Positions 1-9,415 of a stretch of 38,015 nucleotides of DNA are shown here, in pieces. The DNA is from a virus (lineage: Duplodnaviria > Caudoviricetes): positions 1-38,015 of IMG/VR virus record IMGVR_UViG_3300025133_000299, one strand, 5' to 3'. The stretch's first letter is position 1. Each line of letters opens with the position of its first letter. The notes below the pieces were generated by a model. That model searched no databases. It worked only from the letters and a program-made list of their open reading frames with translations, and was not told where the DNA came from. The position numbers and the translations under genes were made by a program.

Positions 1-585
1 AATGGGGTAGTTCGATGTGCCATAGTTGCTGCTAGGCACGAATTCCACAACCTCATGCACCCTCTTGGTTGTGGTCGTTTCGTTGCTGTCAACAGTTGTG
101 GTTGTCGCCGCAGGGTAGGTGTGGTTGGCAACGTCCGTATAATAACTACCCTCTTGGTTGTCCAGCTTGTCGGCATTGGTTGCTGTGGTTGCGCTATCCG
201 CTGTTTCAGCTTTTAGGTTGCCGCTAGAATCCCTTTGTGGGATTGCGTTTGAACCTGTGCCAACGCTGACCTCCTTCGGGGTGCCGTCACGTTCACCCAC
301 CAAGGTGTTGCCGTGCTTGATGTCCTTTCCAATTAAACCACCGGCACCCCTGACCTCCTCCTCGGTCACCACCCCTGCCGGTGCCGTGGACGCTACCCTG
401 AACTCCCCGTTGGGGAGCAGGGTAGCGTCACCACGAATCTTTCTCGGAACATACTTGCCGTCACGGTCGGCAATCAGGATCGAGCCTACCTTGTCGCCCT
501 TCAGCTTCGCAGGATCGATCTCGGCACTCTTGGATATGTGAGTGTTACTGATCGCACCCTTGCTTATGTCCTTCTTGGTGATCAT
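1..585 (-). CDS. tail fibre protein, N-terminal part (runs off window edge)
   Basis: Translated by hand: ATG at 585 overlaps the upstream stop and the frame is open for 195 codons to base 1 (MITKKDISKGAI...ATNADKLDNQEGSYY...YGTSNYPI). ADKLD...SYY is a typical tail-fibre motif. Confidence 0.7.
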   Translation of the reverse strand, partial: MITKKDISKGAISNTHISKSAEIDPAKLKGDKVGSILIADRDGKYVPRKIRGDATLLPNGEFRVASTAPAGVVTEEEVRGAGGLIGKDIKHGNTLVGERDGTPKEVSVGTGSNAIPQRDSSGNLKAETADSATTATNADKLDNQEGSYYTDVANHTYPAATTTTVDSNETTTTKRVHEVVEFVPSSNYGTSNYPI

Positions 586-1628
586 CAATAGGCTGCGTAG
601 ACTTTAATCTTCCATTTAGTATCATCCACGGCCACTTTCTCCCCCCCGCCCTTTGGGACCATTAAGATGTTAACGTTACTACCATCACCTTCAACTATTG
701 CCTTAATCTTGGTGGTGCTTGCTGAAAAACAAGCATGATAAACGTCATCGTGTCGGTTAAGAATAGATGAAAAATCCACCTCATCACCCGCAGCGTATCC
801 ATTGTTACCTCCTGTTTGGCAGACCAAAACCCCTCTAACCAAACTTGGGGTTACATCGTTGTCGTCTGCGTCCTTTAAGCCATGAGTGAATTCAACAATC
901 CTTCCCGCAGCATCATCAAGTGTATTTGTTGCGGTGGATGAATACTGAACCACGCTACCAAACGTCAAAGCCTGCTCCTTGCCGTTGCTTTTTAAAACCG
1001 TACCAGCACCACCGGCAACAATAAGGGCTGCCAATCCATAGTTAGCCCCATCAGGGGTATTGCCCCCGTCATATGAAGGAATAGCACTATGGGTTTTTTC
1101 CTTTACGGCAGTCCCGCCATTAGGGCTAAACTTATCCAGATTTATTGCCCGTGAACCGATGTGCGCCGACCTCACCCCAAGGTTCCTTAAATCATACTTG
1201 AACGAGGTGTCTCCGGTGGAAGAGTCGGTGTACTGACTCATGCTAATGGCACCACTCGACGAGTTGTCGAATACCATCGCCTTCACATCGTTGCCGTCAC
1301 CGACAAGAAATCCATTCTCTGGCAGCTTTAGCTTGACTGTGTCGCCCCCATCGATGTTGTCGTCTTCGGATTTAGCCTCACCAGCCAGAACAAACCCCCT
1401 GCCAAGGTTTTGGATTTTTTTAGGTGAAACCGAGTCGTCGGTTAACTTACCTCCATCAACGCTACTATCGGCTATCTTTGCTCCGGTGATAGACAACGCC
1501 TCAATTTCCTCGGTGCCTATAGAACCGGCAACTGCCACGGTGGGCTTCGCTGCCTGATTCATAAGTGCCCGTGTTATGTTGCCGCTAGAAAAGTCGGCAT
1601 TAGGTTTTACAACTACATTTAAACTCAT
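585..1628 (-). CDS. tail fibre/spike-like structural protein
   Basis: 347 aa, G/S/T/D-rich, with 'ITGAKIADSSVDGGKL' repeats and a C-terminal FTHGL..P..V beta domain; follows the nozzle gene. Confidence 0.6.
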   Translation of the reverse strand: MSLNVVVKPNADFSSGNITRALMNQAAKPTVAVAGSIGTEEIEALSITGAKIADSSVDGGKLTDDSVSPKKIQNLGRGFVLAGEAKSEDDNIDGGDTVKLKLPENGFLVGDGNDVKAMVFDNSSSGAISMSQYTDSSTGDTSFKYDLRNLGVRSAHIGSRAINLDKFSPNGGTAVKEKTHSAIPSYDGGNTPDGANYGLAALIVAGGAGTVLKSNGKEQALTFGSVVQYSSTATNTLDDAAGRIVEFTHGLKDADDNDVTPSLVRGVLVCQTGGNNGYAAGDEVDFSSILNRHDDVYHACFSASTTKIKAIVEGDGSNVNILMVPKGGGEKVAVDDTKWKIKVYAAY

Positions 1629-4600
1629 TGTTTCGTATAGGTTAAAGTTTCGCTTGGGATGGCACCAACACTCAATGCGGTGATCTCCTGCTTGCCTGTG
1701 GTATTCTTGATTCTCAACTGCATGTAACGCCCCTCACCCCTGAACGCATACCTGCATTCATGGTCTGCCATCAGGTCAGGATCGAAGATCGCACCCGATG
1801 CGGGGGCATTTGTAAGTGCGGTTGAAAAATCATTAGCTTCGATATGGTAGTCCTGCCTATAAGCCTTAAAAAAACCAGTAGCATCGGTGACAGTAAAATC
1901 GGAAGCGTCATAAGGACGATCATACTTGGTACGATCATAAGTTTTATTGGTAACCAGATTGACTGATTCATTTACCCCCTCAAATTCTGCATCAATGGTA
2001 AAGGTCGGGTCCTGCGTCTTGGTCTGCATCCTTGCAGTTCGCCATTTCTTGAAAGAAATGTCACCTGCAATGTAACCCCTAGAAAGCACCTCGGTTGATA
2101 TCGCCGTTTTTGTCACGACACCTGTTGAGTCATTCGGAACATCGTCGGTGTCGCTCCCATACTTGTCGTCATCGTACATATGGAAGAACCCGTTCTTGTC
2201 TATAAGAAAGACCCTCTTCGCACCGTCATAGGTCAACTCCACAAATCCCTTCATGCCGGTGATGAGTGTGCTAGTGTCATATCCCTGCCAAGATTGGTTG
2301 ATGAACGAATACACCAATATTTTGTTCACCGAGGTCGACCCCTCTGTCGGGATGGCGAGGTAGTAGTGCGAGTTGTTATAAACGGCGCAGGCTACATCTT
2401 TCGCAGCCTCCCAATTAATCGAATCGGTGACCGTCTTGACTGCCTCCGAAACAGGCAGGTCCGCTCCGGTCAATTTCCCATTGTCTGCCAACCCCAAGCT
2501 ACCCACACCTCTCTTGTCCGACAGGAACCAAACGTCCTTGCCTATCGATGTAATCACCTTCGGGTTGATGGCACCGTAATCAAGCGTAATGGTGTCTAAC
2601 ACGACACTCTCTAACGCTCCGTACACATTGGACAGTCTGTAAATAGAATGCTCCTTAAAGGCCAAGATCGTGCCGGTGGTTTCATCGGCAACCTTTAAAC
2701 CCACAAGGGAATCGGAAGTCCCGACATTGATCCGAAATTCGGAGAGGATTTCCATGTACCTCGTCGGGTTAAGGAAGTCTGAAACTATAACCTCGTCACC
2801 TGATGAAACAGGGATCAACATACGGTTTTGATAGAAGGTTCCCGTCTTCGCATTCGGGATAGCCTGCGTCCCGTCCAACTCGTTCTCGTCAAGGTCGGTG
2901 TCGGATTCCTTCTGCTCCACATATTCCAACCCTGTTACCATGTTTCGGAGGATCAACGGACGCTTGTTAAACCCCCTAAACGCTATCACTTCATGGAATG
3001 CCTGAACAAACTCAACCGGCTCGGCAAAGACCTCACCGGTCGGCATGGGAATCAGGGTGAAAGAACTGTTCTCGGATGCCCCATAAAGGCCCGTAGAGGT
3101 GCCTACAAGGACAGTTTCGTTACCGCTAGGGTCATTAAACGTCCCAACCCCATAAATCGTTCCTAGACCGTAAATTTTGTGCCCTGTGACCTCCTCCCAA
3201 TAGGGGTTGTCGTTGCCGTCCTTGTTTATGACTCCAGCTAAAAGGGGAGGGTGGATTGTGCCGGTGTCCAAATTGATTCGCTTAAACACCGGACCTGTGT
3301 CCACATTCGATGCCGGTCCCGTTGTCGATGTCAGGACAACCGATGCAGGCTCGGTCAGGGTGACGCTATCTATCTCACCGGCCCAATGCTCGTTGGCTTG
3401 TATCTTTATCTTTGAGTAATCGTTTCCATCTGATGTGATTATCTGGCTAATGGTCTTCGGGAAAGGCCCGTCAGTAATCCTAATCGGATTACCGTAGCCG
3501 GTGTTGCCTATAAATATCTTTAACTCACCATACCCCTTTGTTTCGATGTCCAGCTTGTTGTTGTGAACTGTCCCCTTGATTGTATTCTGACCAGACCCCG
3601 TGTTGTCAGTTGTGATAAAGGACGCACGGTTATCAAAGTATAAAGCCTTCCCTGCTATGATGGCATTGCCACTAGGGTCATTATGAGTTTCGTGTAAAGT
3701 CTCAACTGTAAGCGTCTGCTCTTGGTAACCCGTCTCACCTTCTGGTGCTTCACCAACGCTCAACGTCCCTGCCAACTTGGTGTCACCAACCGATGCGGCT
3801 GCCGATAACTCCAGCTTTGCATCGATGACGGTGCCGTCAAACCAAACCAACACAGCACCACTTGGAAGGTCGCTTGTTAATGCCTCGACCTCAAATGCAG
3901 GATCGCTTGCTGTCGTAAATGTTCCAACTGCCGAGGTGCCTTCCTTGACAACCTTGACCGACATACCGTAGCCGGTTGTGATCCCGTTGGTGGTGGTCCC
4001 CTTTATGGTGACGGCAGGGATCATGGACTTGATGTCTATATTCACCCCGTACTGAGTGTCAGTAGATGCAGACACATCCTGAACCAAATTGGTCACGGAC
4101 CCTGATGGCTCGGCTATCTTCGCAGCGTTGTTAACTATGGTCCACGCACCGTCCGTGTTGGCTGGTGTCTGGTCGTTGTCCAACTCCCAAGGTGTCGTGC
4201 TAGTGCTTAACGTGGTCTGGTCAGCGAAGTTGGAATCGGATACTGCATTGGCTACATTACTTGAAGCCAGACTGATCCCTTCCTCATTGTCAACTAGGGC
4301 AACCCTCGTAAGGTTACCTGAAAGAGATGTTGCCCCTGAATCGGCAGGAGACGTTAGCGTAAAAAGCCCACCATTAGCGAAAGATATAAAATCCCCTGAA
4401 CCCACCGCCCCCCCAATTGCATCAACCGCAATAGTTATGCCATTGTTAACAGCATAGCCCGAAGAGTTGTTGACGGTGACGACCCCTATGCTGCCGCCCT
4501 TCTTACCCGAAAACAAAACCTTGGCATCTGCCGCATACGTCTTGTTCTCATATGCCTCAATGCCCGACCAATCCATGCACTTGGTACCGGAGCGGGTCTT

Positions 4601-4732
4601 GATTTTGCCTTTTTCAAATCGAACATTGTTGGCAAGTGCAACATGACCCTGCGGGACCACCGAAGGTTCCAAGTTCATGTTAACCCCCAAGAAGGCAGCG
4701 TCACCGTCAGATAATGGATCAGGTATAGGCAT
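1625..4732 (-). CDS. tail nozzle/tubular protein (P22 gp10 / T7 gp12-like) with large beta-rich insertion
   Basis: N-terminal 'FLGVN...ANNVRFEKGKIKTRSG'; C-terminal beta-propeller-like motifs (ILAFKEHSIYRL, YGAINPKVI, VWFLSDKRGV, YYLAIP, GRYMQLRI); podovirus tail position. Confidence 0.7.
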   Translation of the reverse strand: MPIPDPLSDGDAAFLGVNMNLEPSVVPQGHVALANNVRFEKGKIKTRSGTKCMDWSGIEAYENKTYAADAKVLFSGKKGGSIGVVTVNNSSGYAVNNGITIAVDAIGGAVGSGDFISFANGGLFTLTSPADSGATSLSGNLTRVALVDNEEGISLASSNVANAVSDSNFADQTTLSTSTTPWELDNDQTPANTDGAWTIVNNAAKIAEPSGSVTNLVQDVSASTDTQYGVNIDIKSMIPAVTIKGTTTNGITTGYGMSVKVVKEGTSAVGTFTTASDPAFEVEALTSDLPSGAVLVWFDGTVIDAKLELSAAASVGDTKLAGTLSVGEAPEGETGYQEQTLTVETLHETHNDPSGNAIIAGKALYFDNRASFITTDNTGSGQNTIKGTVHNNKLDIETKGYGELKIFIGNTGYGNPIRITDGPFPKTISQIITSDGNDYSKIKIQANEHWAGEIDSVTLTEPASVVLTSTTGPASNVDTGPVFKRINLDTGTIHPPLLAGVINKDGNDNPYWEEVTGHKIYGLGTIYGVGTFNDPSGNETVLVGTSTGLYGASENSSFTLIPMPTGEVFAEPVEFVQAFHEVIAFRGFNKRPLILRNMVTGLEYVEQKESDTDLDENELDGTQAIPNAKTGTFYQNRMLIPVSSGDEVIVSDFLNPTRYMEILSEFRINVGTSDSLVGLKVADETTGTILAFKEHSIYRLSNVYGALESVVLDTITLDYGAINPKVITSIGKDVWFLSDKRGVGSLGLADNGKLTGADLPVSEAVKTVTDSINWEAAKDVACAVYNNSHYYLAIPTEGSTSVNKILVYSFINQSWQGYDTSTLITGMKGFVELTYDGAKRVFLIDKNGFFHMYDDDKYGSDTDDVPNDSTGVVTKTAISTEVLSRGYIAGDISFKKWRTARMQTKTQDPTFTIDAEFEGVNESVNLVTNKTYDRTKYDRPYDASDFTVTDATGFFKAYRQDYHIEANDFSTALTNAPASGAIFDPDLMADHECRYAFRGEGRYMQLRIKNTTGKQEITALSVGAIPSETLTYTKQ

Positions 4733-4920
4733 TATTTACTTCTTATTATCCGGTTCAATCGAGCTACCTCCCTCAATGCTGATCGAGTGAACTCCGGTGC
4801 CTGTTGTGCTGCCCTCGGAAATTGGGGGTGAGCGGTCAGGGTCGAGACTCCATTCAAATCCCCGTACTCTGTCGTCCTGCACCCCGCTGCGAGCATTAGC
4901 AATGGCAGCGTCAATGTCAT
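4732..4920 (-). CDS. putative outer-membrane lipoprotein spanin (Rz1-like)
   Basis: MTLTLPLLMLAAGC lipobox; almost fully nested in 4736..5041; stop overlaps the nozzle start. Confidence 0.55.
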   Translation of the reverse strand: MTLTLPLLMLAAGCRTTEYGDLNGVSTLTAHPQFPRAAQQAPEFTRSALREVARLNRIIRSK

Positions 4921-5041
4921 CCAGTTCCTCCTCATATTTCTTGCCTGCATGTCGGGCTTTTAATTCTTCGCCTATATGTAAAAAAAGCCGTTCCAACGAG
5001 GGAACGGCTCGTAGCAAAGCTAACAACCAGCCTAGCCCCAT
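4736..5041 (-). CDS. putative inner-membrane spanin (Rz-like)
   Basis: Hydrophobic N-terminus then helical charged region; overlaps a lipoprotein ORF in another frame. Confidence 0.45.
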   Translation of the reverse strand: MGLGWLLALLRAVPSLERLFLHIGEELKARHAGKKYEEELDDIDAAIANARSGVQDDRVRGFEWSLDPDRSPPISEGSTTGTGVHSISIEGGSSIEPDNKK

Positions 5042-5043
5042 TT

Positions 5044-5223
5044 TCAGCCTGAAGTGTTTTCTTCAGCCGATGAAGCAACTCCTTTTCTCAGGAAGATGAC
5101 CATCAGGGCGGTGAAGCAACTTTGAATTGTGACCGTGAGATCAGCTTCCCCACCGGCATATAATCCTAGTGCCGTCAAGATCGCTGCCCCTGCCGTTAAA
5201 TAACTCTTTTTACCTTTTAGCAT
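5044..5223 (-). CDS. small two-TM holin-like protein (59 aa, not in ORF track)
   Basis: Hand translation MLKGKKSYLTAGAAILTALGLYAGGEADLTVTIQSCFTALMVIFLRKGVASSAEENTSG; fills the gap between neighbours. Confidence 0.6.
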   Translation of the reverse strand: MLKGKKSYLTAGAAILTALGLYAGGEADLTVTIQSCFTALMVIFLRKGVASSAEENTSG

Positions 5224-5225
5224 AA

Positions 5226-5387
5226 TTATTTCTCTTTCCTATAAAGGTCATACGTTTTTTTCACAACGTACATCAACGAAACGGAACTGATCAACACCTT
5301 GAGGATCACATCTATATCCAACAGGACATTGCCGGTCCCTAGTCCGGTTGCACCCACAACCTTGATCAATTCCAAGTCCCATTTCAT
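5226..5387 (-). CDS. small membrane protein, holin-like
   Basis: MKWDLELIK...VILKVLISSVSLMYVVKKTYDLYRKEK: hydrophobic segment with basic tail; ATG overlaps the upstream stop. Confidence 0.5.
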   Translation of the reverse strand: MKWDLELIKVVGATGLGTGNVLLDIDVILKVLISSVSLMYVVKKTYDLYRKEK

Positions 5388-5572
5388 TTGCCCTTCTTCG
5401 GGGGGATGACATCCACCGGAGTTGTCCCCTCGCCTTTGGCGCAACCTTCGATCTGCTCCAGCAAATCCTTGGCTGCGGAGGTAACTGCCTCATGTTGCGG
5501 TCGGGAAAGGCTTGCCTGACCTGCCGCAATGTATAGCGTATCTAACGCCTGCTTCGCTTTTTCTATGTCCAT
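5384..5572 (-). CDS. hypothetical protein
   Basis: 62 aa ORF packed in the late operon, with upstream GGAGG. Confidence 0.6.
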   Translation of the reverse strand: MDIEKAKQALDTLYIAAGQASLSRPQHEAVTSAAKDLLEQIEGCAKGEGTTPVDVIPPKKGK

Positions 5573-5599
5573 AGTTATAAGTTGCCTCCCGCAAGTAAA

Positions 5600-5869
5600 T
5601 CAAAAGAACTCTGTATAGTTCAAAGATGCCCCAGACTGTGCCCTGCAAGGACCGGCATAATCTTCCAAAAGGAAATGCGCCCCATCAGCAAGTTTAAGAT
5701 GATAGTCGTCACTAGCCGGTGCGTTAGAGTCCTGTGCCGCAGATGAAAACTTCAAGTAAACGACACCGCCCTGCGCCTCAATTAAGAGTTTCTTTCTTCT
5801 GTCGTTCGCCCCTACGTCTTCACTTGTTGTAATTTCAACCGAAGATGCCTTTGCTTGTTGTACGTTCAT
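5600..5869 (-). CDS. hypothetical small beta-rich virion protein
   Basis: 89 aa ORF in the structural operon. Confidence 0.55.
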   Translation of the reverse strand: MNVQQAKASSVEITTSEDVGANDRRKKLLIEAQGGVVYLKFSSAAQDSNAPASDDYHLKLADGAHFLLEDYAGPCRAQSGASLNYTEFF

Positions 5870-5875
5870 AAGTTT

Positions 5876-6487
5876 TTAATAAGTAAACATGTTCACCGAC
5901 CTGATTTGACCGGCTTGCCGATAAACCTTGTCGGCTTCAAGTTGTAAAAGTGATTCTGCATTCGCATCCTCGATCATTGCCTGCTCCACCTGTCCGTTTG
6001 CTTTAAGGTAGTCGGCAAAGACCGACCGGATAAGGTAGCCTTGAAATATCTTCGGGATATCCGTTTGCGAATCAATGTCTCCCGTCGAGTCTTGCGTAAG
6101 TGACGGTTTAGATAAACGATACTCAACGTAAACAGGAGTAGTGCTACTCCGTAAAATGATCCTTCTGTTGGTTCCATCATGTCCGTACTTCCAAGCTACT
6201 GGTGCTGTCTGCGTGGTTGCTTCGGGGTCCTTGTCATAAACATCCAACACCTCCCCGTAGGTGTCGGGCAAATTGGAAAAATAAGGGGCAACATTGTTTG
6301 TCTTGCTGACCGTTGCTTCCGCTATGCGGATCAACTCAGGCCAATACTCAGAGTCCCATGCCATACCCAACCTGTGATCTGCCAAGTCCCGTACTGCCTT
6401 GAAGAAGTGGTTTGGCAACGCATCACGGTCAAGACCGGCAAGTTGCGCTACACCACTAACCACATTGGCAAAGGATAACTGGATCAC
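5876..6487 (-). CDS. head-to-tail adaptor (T7 gp11/P22 gp4-like)
   Basis: 203 aa, after the capsid genes; 'W...WPEL', 'LPDTYGEVLDVY', 'VYVEYR', 'IPKIFQGYL' pattern. Confidence 0.6.
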   Translation of the reverse strand: MIQLSFANVVSGVAQLAGLDRDALPNHFFKAVRDLADHRLGMAWDSEYWPELIRIAEATVSKTNNVAPYFSNLPDTYGEVLDVYDKDPEATTQTAPVAWKYGHDGTNRRIILRSSTTPVYVEYRLSKPSLTQDSTGDIDSQTDIPKIFQGYLIRSVFADYLKANGQVEQAMIEDANAESLLQLEADKVYRQAGQIRSVNMFTY

Positions 6488-6855
6488 AGGCTATATGTCT
6501 TGGAGTATTTTTTGCCGTACCCAAACTTTGGCTTTGCCGGTTTACAGATAACGGATGCGGAAGGATTGTCCCTTCCATACTCCTTGATGAATTGCTCGTT
6601 AGACCAGCACTCGTAACCGAGTCTTTGGCCCCAATAATGATACGAGGTGGGGTCCACCCTTAACCGGTGAACACCCACCCCGTCGATATGCTTGGACTCA
6701 TGCTTGATCTTTGCTTCTTGGAGTTTCTCACGGGTATTAATCTCCGCTTGAACTGCCTGCATTCTCCAGCCAGTTTTCAACTCCTTGACAACGTCCGATG
6801 CTAAATCGGGATCGCTGTTAAACAAGGACTCAGCAACGTCCTTTTCAAACACCAT
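6484..6855 (-). CDS. hypothetical protein downstream of capsid
   Basis: 123 aa, translationally coupled on both sides. Confidence 0.65.
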   Translation of the reverse strand: MVFEKDVAESLFNSDPDLASDVVKELKTGWRMQAVQAEINTREKLQEAKIKHESKHIDGVGVHRLRVDPTSYHYWGQRLGYECWSNEQFIKEYGRDNPSASVICKPAKPKFGYGKKYSKTYSL

Positions 6856-7979
6856 TAATCTGTGCCGTCCGTGAAGTTGATCGACCCGCTCGAAAGAGGA
6901 TTCTTATGAGCCAGACCGGCAATGGTGGTAATGATTCGACCTTCGCCGCCGCCGTTGTTTGTCATCGGCTTGACGTTGGTGGTCATGTTGTATTTTAACT
7001 CCAACATGTCCATCGGAAGAATCATTCCGCAACCTCCGCTGTTGTCTTTCGCTTCACTATTGGTGACGATGTCCTTCTTCTCAAGGAAGTTGGAAACGTG
7101 CAAACGCAACGTGCCAAAATCTCCGGTGAAAATATCGATAGTCGAGACGAATGAACGGTCCGCTTGCTCCTTGTTCAAGGTGCGGATTCGGGTTGAATGC
7201 TTGTCAGCATCCGTAACAGAAACTTCAGCAAAGCCCGTGAAGGCACGTTTGACCTGCGGATCGCAAATCAAATCGTAATCACGAACAACGCCAGTTTGTC
7301 CGTAGATGCTTTCCAAAAGGTCCTGAGCTTTATCAGAAGTGAAAGCTGACTTCCCGTCCATATAAACAGAACCAGTTGGAACCTGAAAATTGTCAGGAAC
7401 CTTGCACGGGCAATCGGCCCCACCTGTTGAAAGGGCTTCGTTTACCACCTTGTTCTGACCCCCAGAGTTCAACCAACTTTGCAACGCTTTGGTCTGGAAC
7501 GCTACGGCCCCAGTTCCGTCCCGTGCATCGTTTTTGGATGATACTGTTTTCTCGATGTCACGCTTTTGCGTGAGGATCAAGCGACTCACCATGTGCGCCA
7601 ACTCGTTGCGAACACCGGCTGGGTTTGCCACGTTCTCAGAAAGAAGGGAAACACGACCAGCACGGCGAAAGATTTGGACATTGTTCTTCAACACCTTTCG
7701 GCCTGCCGAAGTGTCAGTAAACTCATCGTTGTCGTTGGCTGACCCGAATGCCGTTGCGACATCGGTTCCATCTACGGTTCCCGTTGTCGCATTTGCCACA
7801 TGTGCATCGGCTTGCCAATGGAATGTTGTTGCTCCTGCCGCTCGTCCCTTTGGAATCTGGGATATCAGCGGAGTGCTTTTTGCGTCCACAACAGCCAATA
7901 AGTCGCTGAGGTCTTCATGTACTGCGGGACCCGCACCGGGGGCATTCCCGCTGAAACCAGTTTCTACTACACCTGCCAT
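6855..7979 (-). CDS. major capsid protein (DUF5309/SU10-like, HK97 fold)
   Basis: 'EDLSDLL..TPLIS..TFHWQAD..N.VQIFRR..VS..KRDIE..IDIFTGDFGTL' motifs; follows the scaffold gene. Confidence 0.85.
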   Translation of the reverse strand: MAGVVETGFSGNAPGAGPAVHEDLSDLLAVVDAKSTPLISQIPKGRAAGATTFHWQADAHVANATTGTVDGTDVATAFGSANDNDEFTDTSAGRKVLKNNVQIFRRAGRVSLLSENVANPAGVRNELAHMVSRLILTQKRDIEKTVSSKNDARDGTGAVAFQTKALQSWLNSGGQNKVVNEALSTGGADCPCKVPDNFQVPTGSVYMDGKSAFTSDKAQDLLESIYGQTGVVRDYDLICDPQVKRAFTGFAEVSVTDADKHSTRIRTLNKEQADRSFVSTIDIFTGDFGTLRLHVSNFLEKKDIVTNSEAKDNSGGCGMILPMDMLELKYNMTTNVKPMTNNGGGEGRIITTIAGLAHKNPLSSGSINFTDGTD

Positions 7980-8005
7980 AATATTTTAATTCTCCTATTT
8001 ACGGA

Positions 8006-9025
8006 CTATACATAGTCCATCATTAAGTCTGCTAAATCGGATTCTTCTCCAGATTTGAGAAAGCGATTCTTGTTTGCAGTAACCTTTGCGGCAGTTGGTG
8101 GAGTGGTTGTCCGGTCAGCACTAGGTGCCGCCGGTTGCTTCGGTGCCTTGGGCTTTGCCTTGGCCTTGATCTTGGATTCAGGTTTAGGTGTTTCGTTGGA
8201 TATCCTTAACGCCCTTCCCACTAACATGTCTCCTAAAAGGAGTTTGTAATCCGGTAACGCTTTGACCTGCGGAAACGCCTTTAAAGCCTGATTGAACAAC
8301 TTGTTTTCGTTGCTCCCCCGATCTTCGATCCAAGGGTATGCCTTCACCGCTTCCGGTTCCCAATAGGCCGAAGCCTCCAAGAACTTTTCACGTTCAGGCA
8401 AATGTGTGTCCAATGCCTCTTCAGCATTCTCAAGTATATCCTCGATTTGGTCCGAGTCATACTCCACTTCACCATTCTTGCCGTTAACTACTGCACCGTC
8501 TCGGTTCTTTCGGCACCATCGTCGCAAGTCTTTCGCCTTTTGCCTCTCGGCATCGATCTGCTCCTGAGAAATTAAGTGTTTAAAGGGACTGTCGGTATTC
8601 CGTGAAACCGGTGTGTTTGTGTTGTCAGTTACCTGAGTCCGCAACTCCTTGATCTCGCCCCTTAAATCCTTGACCTCGTCTTCGGCATCCCGCCTTTGGC
8701 GTGTCAACTTGTCGATGCGCTTTTGGAACCAAGCCGGTTCTTCGCTTTCATCGTCATCTGTCAAAGAACTGTTTTCGGCTTCAGGCTCATCTGCACCCGC
8801 AGCGTCTTCTGCCGAATCTTCATTCTCATCCGGTTTAGCTTCGTTTTTTTCGGTGGGTTGCTCCGGTTCCGGTGGTACCGGTTGGCTATCGCTCATTTGC
8901 TTTTCCAGCAACGATGCCAAACCACTCTCGTCCAATGCCTGACTTAACTCGTCATTCTTGAACTCACGGTTTTCGGTATTTTCAGAAGAGGACCCGCTAA
9001 CCTCTTCGCTTGTTTCTGTATCCAT
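8006..9025 (-). CDS. capsid scaffolding protein
   Basis: Acidic N-terminus, 'FQKRIDKLTRQRR' coiled coil, P/A/K-rich C-terminus; likely start MDTET at 9025. Confidence 0.75.
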   Translation of the reverse strand: MDTETSEEVSGSSSENTENREFKNDELSQALDESGLASLLEKQMSDSQPVPPEPEQPTEKNEAKPDENEDSAEDAAGADEPEAENSSLTDDDESEEPAWFQKRIDKLTRQRRDAEDEVKDLRGEIKELRTQVTDNTNTPVSRNTDSPFKHLISQEQIDAERQKAKDLRRWCRKNRDGAVVNGKNGEVEYDSDQIEDILENAEEALDTHLPEREKFLEASAYWEPEAVKAYPWIEDRGSNENKLFNQALKAFPQVKALPDYKLLLGDMLVGRALRISNETPKPESKIKAKAKPKAPKQPAAPSADRTTTPPTAAKVTANKNRFLKSGEESDLADLMMDYV

Positions 9026-9071
9026 GCGATTAAAGCCTGCAAGTCGGCAACAGAGTCTTTTGAAGGGAGAC

Positions 9072-9102
9072 AAAGAAAAACCCCGTCAAGGGTTTGACGA
9101 GG
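9072..9102 (-). terminator. intrinsic terminator-like hairpin
   Basis: Minus strand CCTCGTCAA-ACCC-TTGACGGGG followed by TTTTTCTTT. Confidence 0.55.
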
Positions 9103-9193
9103 TGAACACTATAGTGTCGATGTTGTGGTTTTGTTCAGGGGGGCAGGTGCCCGATTATATATGATCAGACTCGTATATAGTTTCTGTCTTTCT

Positions 9194-9415
9194 TCATTGC
9201 CTTGTGGACTGTTCCCTTAACCACCGAAGGTGATCCCTGAAGTCGGTCATACCGGCCAACCTGCCTGCCGAGTATATTCGCCCTTCGCCAATGTTATCTC
9301 GGTCCTGCACCGCAAGGACCTCCGATTCAACAAAAGCCTCTAGATGCCGCATTGTGGCTTCGTAAACAGCATTCTTACCCTTGAAGCCAAACGTGTTTAT
9401 GTCGTCTGGATTCAT
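9194..9415 (-). CDS. small hypothetical protein after portal
   Basis: 73 aa, overlaps the portal stop; common podovirus position. Confidence 0.65.
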   Translation of the reverse strand: MNPDDINTFGFKGKNAVYEATMRHLEAFVESEVLAVQDRDNIGEGRIYSAGRLAGMTDFRDHLRWLREQSTRQ

